In this document: positions 56,984 through 64,000 of the stretch, piece by piece
Numbering within the stretch: position 1 is the stretch's first letter
How the letters are laid out: each line of letters starts with the position of its first letter
Source of the DNA: a virus
DNA length: 64,000 bases
Reading direction: 5' to 3' (one strand)
Virus record (IMG/VR): IMGVR_UViG_3300009086_000015
Coordinates: 5,567 to 69,566 of that record
Made by a program: the position numbers and the translations under genes
Notes under the pieces: model-generated
What the model saw: only the letters and a program-made list of their open reading frames with translations
The model's database searches: none
Told to the model about the DNA's origin: nothing

Positions 56984-57601
56984 ATGGCAGCAGCACAAGG
57001 ATCAGCAGCAAGATTAGTAGAAGTGGCATTAGCAGAAGTTGGAACTATTGAAGGTCCAAAAGACAACGAAACAAAATATGGTAAGTTTACAAAATCAAAC
57101 TTTCAGCCATGGTGTGGAAGTTTTGTTATGTGGTGTGCAGATCAAGCAGGGGTAAAAGTTCCTAACACGGTATATACACCTGCAGGTGCACAGGCTTTTA
57201 TTAAAGCAGGAACATGGCAGATGGCAGAAGTAGCAACACCAGAAGTTGGAGATATAGCCTATTTTGATTTCCCATCAGACGGCGTCGATAGAATTTCTCA
57301 CGTAGGAATTGTTGTTGCAGTTAATACAGACGGCACAGTAGATGTTGTAGAAGGAAACACTTCTTCAGATAAAAAAGGTGATCAAAGAAATGGCGGAGAA
57401 TGCTGCCTCAAGAATCGTGCTTACAAAAAGAAAAATGGATCAAAGCTTCGCAGAAGCCAAATTGTAGGAATTGTAGGTTTTGGAAGACCATCATTTGGTA
57501 AGCCAGTTGCAAAAAAAGTAGCAACACCAGTAAAGAAGTCAGCAGCAAAACCAGCAGCTAAAACTTCTAAGGGTGGCGGAAAACCAGCAGCAGCTAAGTA
57601 A
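56984..57601 (+). CDS. CHAP-domain endolysin/peptidoglycan hydrolase with Lys/Ala-rich tail
   Basis: PWCGSFV (Cys), SHVGIV (His), VEGNT; promoter TGgTATAAT at 56933-56941. Confidence 0.85.
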   Translation: MAAAQGSAARLVEVALAEVGTIEGPKDNETKYGKFTKSNFQPWCGSFVMWCADQAGVKVPNTVYTPAGAQAFIKAGTWQMAEVATPEVGDIAYFDFPSDGVDRISHVGIVVAVNTDGTVDVVEGNTSSDKKGDQRNGGECCLKNRAYKKKNGSKLRRSQIVGIVGFGRPSFGKPVAKKVATPVKKSAAKPAAKTSKGGGKPAAAK

Positions 57602-57605
57602 TAAC

Positions 57606-58286
57606 TTGCAAAAAGAATACGTTATTGTAACTGGCGCAAGCCGTGGATCTGGAGAGGGCATATCAAAAGTCCTTTCCAGGTCTTATAACGTAATAGCAGT
57701 ATCTAGAGATTTAAAAAGAATGAATGAAGTTTTTGATGGGTATAAAAATATTTTTCCGTATAAGATGGATATCACAGATTCAAAATCAATTGAAGGTCTA
57801 AGCCTTTTTTTGGCAGACAAAAGTGTTCGTGCACTTGTAAATAATGCTGGCGGTGGGGGCGGTAATACAAATATAGAAAATGACTCCGCAGAAGCATGGC
57901 AATATGCATATAATTTAAATGTTATAGCTCCAATGAGTATGTCTAAAGCAATAATCCCTCATATGAAAAAAAATGGTATTGGTGATATCATAGTAATTAC
58001 ATCTATCGCTGGCCTATACCCATATAAAGGAGGCGGGAACTATGTGGTTGCAAAACGTGCTGAAGGAGCATTTGCAGAGACATTAAGAATGGAAGTATCG
58101 GGTCAAGGGATAAAGGTCACACAGATCATACCAGGAGCAATTGATACTAAGCCAGAGTTTCCACAAGAAATAGCAACAAAGCCAGAAGATATAGGTGAAG
58201 CGGTAAGATGGATCATTTCATTGCCAAACCATGTCAATGTAGATCAGATGACAATAATGCATACAAAAAGTGAAAGATATCAATAG
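57606..58286 (+). CDS. Short-chain dehydrogenase/reductase (SDR); start uncertain (57573 or 57606)
   Basis: VTGASRGSG, LVNNAG, TS, YxxxK (YVVAK), I.PGAIDT, PEDI..AV. Confidence 0.9.
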   Translation: MQKEYVIVTGASRGSGEGISKVLSRSYNVIAVSRDLKRMNEVFDGYKNIFPYKMDITDSKSIEGLSLFLADKSVRALVNNAGGGGGNTNIENDSAEAWQYAYNLNVIAPMSMSKAIIPHMKKNGIGDIIVITSIAGLYPYKGGGNYVVAKRAEGAFAETLRMEVSGQGIKVTQIIPGAIDTKPEFPQEIATKPEDIGEAVRWIISLPNHVNVDQMTIMHTKSERYQ

Positions 58287-58294
58287 GGGGAATA

Positions 58295-58705
58295 ATGTAC
58301 GAATATTATGTTAAAAAGGTAGAAAATGTAGTTGATGGTGACACTATAGACGTACTAATTGATTTAGGATTTGATATCCTTTTTGCATCACGTGTCAGAC
58401 TTGCTGGAATTGATACGCCAGAATCAAGAACAAAAGACCTAAAAGAAAAAGCCCTAGGATTAGAAGCAAAAGATTACTTAAAGAAAAATATTAAAGATGC
58501 AAAGTCTGTAATTATTAAAACAGAAAAGATGGACTCTTCAGAAAAATATGGAAGAATACTTGGCTGGGTTTATGTGGATGGAAGCACAATTTCACTAAAT
58601 GAAATGATGATAAATGACGGGTATGCATGGGGCTACCTAGGAGAAACAAAAGTTAAAGATTTTAATGCACTAGCAAAAGCTAGAGAAAAAGCGGGTAAAA
58701 AATGA
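58295..58705 (+). CDS. Thermonuclease (SNase-like)
   Basis: VVDGDTID, RVRLAGIDTPE, KYGRILG, LN..MI..G.A. Confidence 0.9.
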   Translation: MYEYYVKKVENVVDGDTIDVLIDLGFDILFASRVRLAGIDTPESRTKDLKEKALGLEAKDYLKKNIKDAKSVIIKTEKMDSSEKYGRILGWVYVDGSTISLNEMMINDGYAWGYLGETKVKDFNALAKAREKAGKK

Positions 58706-59511
58706 TAAACCATGAAGAATTACATGATGGAGTTTACTATTATAAGAATGTCATTAAAGACCCTTATGCTTTAGTAGCAGCTATTGAGGACACAGAAAAT
58801 GTAGATTCAATTAAAGATATTATAGATAACTGGATTGATTGGGGTGTCGAAGCAGACAGAGGTACAGTTTATTGGTATGGAAGAAAAAAGCGAGTGCTTT
58901 TAAATAGCCTTGAGGACATAGATAAAAAAGACTTGTCCCCAGAAGATCTTGCCAGATGCAAGTATATATTTGATACAGTATTTAATGGTTTCAATGAGGT
59001 TGCAAAAGACTACAAGGAAAAAAGAAATGTAGAAGATGAAATTGTAATCCTTAGTCAAATGAACGTTCATAAATACAAAGAGAATACATGGATGGGTACA
59101 CACCACGACGCACAAGAAGGCGACACCAGACTTAAGTACTCTATGATTCTTTATGTAAATGATGATTATGAGGGTGGAGAAATTTCTTTTTGTATTCGTG
59201 ATGGAGTACTTAGTAATCCCGATAAAGAATTCCCAGAGAACACATGGAATCATATGGTAAAAGAATTTGAAAAACCAAATGAATTTGCAGCCCAAGGCGC
59301 ACTAGATGATCCCATTAATGATGGAAAAATAACTTTTTCTTTAAAGCCAGAGGCTGGAAGTATTCTTATATTTCCATCACAAGAGCCATATAGCCACACA
59401 GCTCATATTGTTAAAAGCGGTTGGAAATATTTAATTCCAGGATTTTGGATTGATCCAAATGGAATGGACGCAGCAGCTGCGCTTGCTATTGCAAAGGGAT
59501 ATAAAAAATAA
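58702..59511 (+). CDS. 2OG-Fe(II) oxygenase, P4H-like (#7), paralogue of 6661..7341
   Basis: HHD, QEGD.RLKYS, YVNDDYEGGEISF, LKPEAGSILIFPS, YSHTAH.VKSG.KY..PGFW shared with #5. Confidence 0.88.
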   Translation: MINHEELHDGVYYYKNVIKDPYALVAAIEDTENVDSIKDIIDNWIDWGVEADRGTVYWYGRKKRVLLNSLEDIDKKDLSPEDLARCKYIFDTVFNGFNEVAKDYKEKRNVEDEIVILSQMNVHKYKENTWMGTHHDAQEGDTRLKYSMILYVNDDYEGGEISFCIRDGVLSNPDKEFPENTWNHMVKEFEKPNEFAAQGALDDPINDGKITFSLKPEAGSILIFPSQEPYSHTAHIVKSGWKYLIPGFWIDPNGMDAAAALAIAKGYKK

Positions 59512-59591
59512 CTTGCAACTCTAGTTATACAAATGCTATAATGGATTAGTATCTGCCAAATTCTGGCTGCTTATTTAATGGAAAGATTCTC

Positions 59592-60347
59592 ATGATTATA
59601 CAAGTAATTGGTTTGCCAGGTTCTGGAAAAACTACATTTGCAAAAGAGCTAGCGGATAGAATAAACGCCGTTCATTTAAATGCAGACGCAGTCAGAGCAG
59701 AGCTAAATAAAGACCTAGGGTTTAGCCCAGAAGATAGGTTAGAGCAGGCTCGCAGAATGGGAGCGTTATCAAGGCTACTTTCTGATCAAGGTTACCATGT
59801 TGTTGTAGATTTTGTTAACCCAACAGCAGAGACAAGAGCATCTTTTGGAAACCCAGATAAAGTTGTTTGGATGAACAGAAAACCAGTCAGAGATTTTCCA
59901 GATACAACCGCAATGTGGGAGACACCAGCGAATCCAGATTTAATGTTTGATGACATGACAGAATATGATGTTGCAGCTAGGGTTGCATGTGTTGATTTTC
60001 AATTGCACGATTGGAGACAACCAACAACATTAATGCTTGGTCGCTACCAGCCATGGCATGAAGGGCATCATGCTTTATATGATGAGGCGGGTAACAGAAC
60101 GGCCCAGGTAATGCTAGGTGTTAGAAATACGTATAAGACTAGCGAAAAAGATCCGCTTGATTTTAATCAGGTTAAAAAGTATATTGCTAATGATTCAGTA
60201 ATGGACAAAGCAATGGTTATCAAGATGCCTAACATTACCAACATTGTATATGGTCGTGATGTGGGATATAAGATTGAACAAGTAGATTTGGGGGCAGCGA
60301 TTCATGCTATTTCAGCAACTGAAAAACGTAGGGAAATGGGTCTTTAA
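59592..60347 (+). CDS. APS-kinase (CysC)-like domain fused to an HxGH nucleotidyltransferase domain
   Basis: GLPGSGKTT, LNADAVR..L..DLGFS.EDR.E..RR.G (CysC-like); C-terminal LGRYQPWHEGH (cytidylyltransferase-like). Confidence 0.8.
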   Translation: MIIQVIGLPGSGKTTFAKELADRINAVHLNADAVRAELNKDLGFSPEDRLEQARRMGALSRLLSDQGYHVVVDFVNPTAETRASFGNPDKVVWMNRKPVRDFPDTTAMWETPANPDLMFDDMTEYDVAARVACVDFQLHDWRQPTTLMLGRYQPWHEGHHALYDEAGNRTAQVMLGVRNTYKTSEKDPLDFNQVKKYIANDSVMDKAMVIKMPNITNIVYGRDVGYKIEQVDLGAAIHAISATEKRREMGL

Positions 60348-60412
60348 ACAATTAGAAAATGCTGGAAAGGCAATGAACGAAGCAGAAGAAAGACTTTTTT
60401 CTGAGGATAAAG

Positions 60413-60616
60413 ATGAACGTAAGTAAACAAAGATCAGCATTAAAAGCAATTACTTGGCGTGTCATAGGAACAGCAGACACGTTTATCATATCGTGGGCTA
60501 TAACCAAAGAGCCAGTTACAGCAGGAGCAATTGCAAGCTTTGAGGTATTTACAAAAACTATTCTTTATTATTTCCATGAGCGTGGGTGGAATAAAGTTAA
60601 ATGGGGTAGAAAGTAA
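60413..60616 (+). CDS. DUF2061-like small membrane protein
   Basis: RS..KAITWR..GT.DT....W...E...K..LYY.HER.W. Confidence 0.8.
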   Translation: MNVSKQRSALKAITWRVIGTADTFIISWAITKEPVTAGAIASFEVFTKTILYYFHERGWNKVKWGRK

Positions 60617-60804
60617 TGCCAGTATACGAATATAAATGCTCATATGATGATGCACATGCCACGATGTCAATCCATAGATCAATTAAAGATGACGACCCAG
60701 GATATACATGCGTAGAGTGTGAATCAGAAATGATTAGATTCTTTACACCATTTGGCATACAATTCAAGGGCAATGGCTTTTACAAAACAGATAATCCTAA
60801 ATAA
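60616..60804 (+). CDS. FmdB-family Zn-ribbon protein
   Basis: MPVYEYKC...C..C...M.R....FKG.GFY.TD. Confidence 0.85.
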   Translation: MPVYEYKCSYDDAHATMSIHRSIKDDDPGYTCVECESEMIRFFTPFGIQFKGNGFYKTDNPK

Positions 60805-60856
60805 CTAAAGTGGTATAATTAACTAAGCAGACATCTTGTTTGCATAGGAGCTATAC

Positions 60857-62995
60857 TTGAAAAGGGAAAAGTTATTTAGAATAACAGCGTCCATAATGCT
60901 TGCATTTGGATGGCTTTTTATGTCCCCCGCCTACAGCGATGACCCTTTAACAGTAGCCGCAAAAAAAATTGAAAATTTAAATTCGGCAGTAGATAAGCTA
61001 GATTATAAAGATGGTCTAATAAATTTAATTGACATAGCAGAAAACAAGTTTATGTATGCTAAAAATCTGCGAGATGTTAGAGATGCTGCTTACGAAGACT
61101 ATGATGATGCAGTAGAGGCAGAAGAATTAGCCTTAGAAGAAGTAGAAATTGCTCAGTCAAATGTAGATGGGCAAACAGTCACAGTAGCAACTGCACTAAC
61201 TAACAAGAACAATGCCTATGATGCTCTTGGTGTAGCAAATATTAATTTATCAACTGCTCAGCAAGCATTAAATAATGCTGGTGGTGCTGGTTTATCATAC
61301 AATGTTTATAGTTTAATCAGGGTTGATGGCCTTGCAGCCACAGATCAATTCTTATGTAGTGGAATACTAAATGGAAACTACATGACTCGTCCAGTTTGTG
61401 GTAATAGATATGAAAACTTTATAGTTAAATTTACTGGAAAAATAACAGTACCGTCATGGTTTACATCAACAAAATTTGCAGGATATACAGATGATGGATT
61501 TAGAATGTATATTGATGGAGAGTTGGTTATTAATAACTGGATAGAGCAAGGAACAACTTGGAGCCCATACTCTCCAATATATGATGTAACAATAGACAAG
61601 GTTTTTGATGTAGAAATATGGTGGTACAACGGTGGTGGCCCAGGATCCTATCACCTTGGATGGGCTATACCTGGAGGATGGACTGGAGCAGGTTGTGACT
61701 ATGCTGGAAATCCAAGAGTATGGGGACAAAACTTTAGTTGTAATTTAAACACATTTTCTTCTGGATCTGGGGCAACTCAAGAACAGACCAACGACTACAA
61801 CAATGCACTCGCTGCAAAGAACGCAGCCCAAGATGTATACAATGATAAACTAAATATTTATAACCAAGCAGTTGCAACATTAAATTCACTAAATCAAACA
61901 TTAACTAATAAAGAATCTGAGTATGACAATGCTGTTAACGATACAGCAGATGCTTTGTCTGAAAAGAATAATTCTATATCTAATTTTAATAACGCAATCC
62001 TTGATGTTAATAGTGCCATTGATGACGCATGGCGTTACTATGATGAGCAATCACAAAGAGAAATTCAAAGAGCAATTGCTCAAGCAGCAGCCAATGCTGC
62101 AGCAAATCAACCTACACCAGAGCCAAAGCCAACTGTTGAACCAGAAAAGCCAAAGCCTTCCCCACCACCAACAGAAAAGCCTGAGCCAAAACCAAGTGGC
62201 AATACCTCTACAGAAGAACCAGGACCAAAGCCTACACAGCCAGGACCAAAGCCTACAGAGCCTGGACCTAAACCAGAACCAACAGACAAGCCAAAGCCAG
62301 AGCCTACTGATAAGCCAAAACCAGAAGAGCCTAAGCCTACACCTGCCCCAAACCCTGAACCAAAGCCAGAGCCTACTCCAGAGCCTCCTGTTGAGCCTTC
62401 TCCAGAGCCTAAACCACTTCCAAGACCAGACTTCAAGCCAGCAGAAGATATTGATCCAGTAATTAAGGATGCAGAATTGGCAGCACTTATCCCACAAAAG
62501 GGTACAGGAAATTCAGAAGATCTTTCTGGAGTTATAGCAAACCTTACAAGCAAGGATAATAAATTAGTTAAGCTTTCTGTTGAGCAAACAGCAGCAGTTA
62601 GCCAAACACTTAAGTCTTTAACACAAGAGGCAAAGGCTGAAGTTGCAGCAGACCTTGGTATTGCACCAGCAGAAGTTGCAAAGGTTGCAGAATCAATGAA
62701 ATCTAACCCTGCAGTAGCAGCAGCATTTGTTGAGTTTGCAGAAAGAGCAGGGGATGCAGGAGATACCCCAATGCCATTTACATTAGCAGATGCAACAACA
62801 GAAGTACAAACAGAAGCATTTTTAGCAGACCCACTTGGAGCAGTGTTTGAAGTGGACCCAGTAGAACTACTATCTAATTTTTCTGAGTTAGGTATGGATA
62901 TGACAGATGATCAGAGAGAAAAAGCGCAGGAAGTAATTGTCCCAGTGGTCATTGCATCACAAATTGCAGGGGCAATGATAAGGAGGAACAAATGA
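60857..62995 (+). CDS. Secreted/membrane protein: signal peptide, coiled coil, PA14-like domain, Pro-rich linker, C-terminal hydrophobic anchor
   Basis: N-terminal hydrophobic signal; ENFIVKFTGKI, TDDGFRMYIDG..VINNW, WYNGGG (PA14-like); PEPKP repeats; VIVPVVIASQIAGAMIRR end. Confidence 0.75.
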   Translation: MKREKLFRITASIMLAFGWLFMSPAYSDDPLTVAAKKIENLNSAVDKLDYKDGLINLIDIAENKFMYAKNLRDVRDAAYEDYDDAVEAEELALEEVEIAQSNVDGQTVTVATALTNKNNAYDALGVANINLSTAQQALNNAGGAGLSYNVYSLIRVDGLAATDQFLCSGILNGNYMTRPVCGNRYENFIVKFTGKITVPSWFTSTKFAGYTDDGFRMYIDGELVINNWIEQGTTWSPYSPIYDVTIDKVFDVEIWWYNGGGPGSYHLGWAIPGGWTGAGCDYAGNPRVWGQNFSCNLNTFSSGSGATQEQTNDYNNALAAKNAAQDVYNDKLNIYNQAVATLNSLNQTLTNKESEYDNAVNDTADALSEKNNSISNFNNAILDVNSAIDDAWRYYDEQSQREIQRAIAQAAANAAANQPTPEPKPTVEPEKPKPSPPPTEKPEPKPSGNTSTEEPGPKPTQPGPKPTEPGPKPEPTDKPKPEPTDKPKPEEPKPTPAPNPEPKPEPTPEPPVEPSPEPKPLPRPDFKPAEDIDPVIKDAELAALIPQKGTGNSEDLSGVIANLTSKDNKLVKLSVEQTAAVSQTLKSLTQEAKAEVAADLGIAPAEVAKVAESMKSNPAVAAAFVEFAERAGDAGDTPMPFTLADATTEVQTEAFLADPLGAVFEVDPVELLSNFSELGMDMTDDQREKAQEVIVPVVIASQIAGAMIRRNK
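62110..62440 (+). repeat. Low-complexity Pro/Glu/Lys/Thr coding repeat (PEPKPT, PGPKPT, PEPTDKPK)
   Basis: Imperfect repeats visible in the translation. Confidence 0.8.
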
Positions 62996-63222
62996 AAATA
63001 ATCAATAAAGCCATCAATCTTGTAGGCAAAATGCTTAAAGGATTAATCAAATGGTTTAAAGATGCAGGAATGGAATTAATTGCACAGGCATTCACCCTCC
63101 TTGGCTTCTTTATTGCATGGCTAACTTTGACGGGATCAGCAAGAGACATAGTTGGAATTGCAGTATTAGCAGTAACAGTAGTCTGGCTAATTACAATCCC
63201 GCTAAGAAAAGAGGATAAATAA
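62992..63222 (+). CDS. Small membrane protein (2 TM)
   Basis: Two hydrophobic segments; RBS AGGAGG. Confidence 0.65.
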   Translation: MKIINKAINLVGKMLKGLIKWFKDAGMELIAQAFTLLGFFIAWLTLTGSARDIVGIAVLAVTVVWLITIPLRKEDK

Positions 63223-63434
63223 TGAAAGATAAATTAATGTGGGTAATTACACTTGGTATATTAGGCTTCATTGGTCTTGTAGTAATTGGAGAATATGCTT
63301 CAATGCTTCTCCAACAATCAACATCAGGTGAAAAATATGGAACAAACGAAGATGCAATCGCATTAGTGCAAAATGCATTAGTAGGACTAATAGGAATTAT
63401 TGGTGGATATTTTGCAGGAAAAGGAGATAAATAA
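63222..63434 (+). CDS. Small membrane protein (2 TM)
   Basis: Two hydrophobic segments; translationally coupled to both neighbours. Confidence 0.6.
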   Translation: MKDKLMWVITLGILGFIGLVVIGEYASMLLQQSTSGEKYGTNEDAIALVQNALVGLIGIIGGYFAGKGDK

Positions 63435-63724
63435 TGGCAAAAGCATATATAGAAAAACCAACCCATGTTGGAGGAGGAGCTATTGCAAGTATTAATAATA
63501 TTGTTATGCGTATAATTGCAGTATTTGCTGCTTCAGGACTATCAGTAATTGGAGCGGGAGCAGTAGTAGGAATCAGCACAGCTAAAGCAGTTATATTGGC
63601 TGGGACTCTTGGCGTTGCCACTGTAGTTGAAAGGCTTGCACGAGGATTCTTGGATGACGGAAAACTCACGGTAGCAGAAATTAATGCAGCATTCTTAGCC
63701 GTAGATAAAAAAGCTGCAAAATAA
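63434..63724 (+). CDS. Membrane protein (holin-like candidate)
   Basis: Hydrophobic segments plus DDGKLT..EINAAF tail. Confidence 0.5.
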   Translation: MAKAYIEKPTHVGGGAIASINNIVMRIIAVFAASGLSVIGAGAVVGISTAKAVILAGTLGVATVVERLARGFLDDGKLTVAEINAAFLAVDKKAAK

Positions 63725-63739
63725 TGATATAATTGTACT

Positions 63740-63883
63740 ATGAATAAATATCGCATTAAATTAGACGTAGAGGTTGAGGTAGAAGCCTTCAATGCAGAAG
63801 ATGCAAGTGAATATATTCATGACATTTTTAATATAGACGATGAAATAAAAAAAGTTAATATAATTAAAATAACAAACAAATAG
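63740..63883 (+). CDS. 47-aa hypothetical protein (not in the ORF track)
   Basis: MNKYRIKLDVEVEVEAFNAEDASEYIHDIFNIDDEIKKVNIIKITNK after promoter TGaTATAAT (63725-63733). Confidence 0.55.
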   Translation: MNKYRIKLDVEVEVEAFNAEDASEYIHDIFNIDDEIKKVNIIKITNK

Positions 63884-63886
63884 TCG

Positions 63887-63938
63887 TTGACAAAACCGCA
63901 GTTCACCCTGTATAATAATATATAGGAAACTGCGGTTT
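63887..63938 (+). promoter_or_regulatory. tRNA promoter embedded in an inverted repeat
   Basis: TTGACA-N18-TATAAT; AAACCGCAGTT (63893-63903) and AACTGCGGTTT (63928-63938) flank the -10 box. Confidence 0.7.
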
Positions 63939-63944
63939 CTGCTT

Positions 63945-64000
63945 TGGCCCATAGCTCAGCAGGCAGAGCGGGAAGCTGTTAACTTCTAGGTCCTAGGTTC
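63945..64000 (+). tRNA. tRNA-Asn(GTT), truncated by the window end
   Basis: D arm GCTC/GAGC, anticodon arm GGAAG-CTGTTAA-CTTCT, start of the T arm CTAGG-TTC. Confidence 0.85.

Noticed and set aside
61923-62553. Overlapping ORFs 61923..62462 (+), 62051..62497 (-) and 62107..62553 (-)
   Set aside because: Shadow frames of the Pro-rich low-complexity linker in 60857..62995.
1-64000. Stop-codon reassignment or alternative genetic code
   Set aside because: Long, full-length ORFs tile the + strand under the standard code; TAA, TAG and TGA all end genes; no suppressor tRNA is seen.

Overview
64 kb segment of a large, AT-rich tailed dsDNA phage with a siphovirus-like layout. Essentially all genes are on the + strand and use the standard genetic code. 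Gene order: fibre/FN3 genes; a block of six prolyl-4-hydroxylase-like 2OG-Fe(II) oxygenases plus two DUF6065-like genes; a LamG-like protein; portal, protease/scaffold, major capsid, neck, major tail, frameshifted tail chaperones, a 2694-aa tape measure and tail-tip/fibre genes; a replication/recombination module (DnaB, DnaG, gp32-like SSB, DnaE, RecA, Cas4-like nuclease, RuvC); terminase; tRNAs; CHAP endolysin; and an accessory region. Content and order resemble large actinobacteriophages (Streptomyces BE/BK-like and freshwater actinophages), but host assignment is inference. The most striking signal is a putative virion protein-modification system: a (Pro-Pro-[His/Phe/Tyr]-Phe)n repeat on two FN3-containing virion-type proteins, one encoded directly upstream of the hydroxylase block. 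The second is a tape measure protein that appears to carry swappable cargo cassettes, including a HipA/PI3K-like kinase-type domain. All functional calls come from visual motif recognition; no database searches were run.
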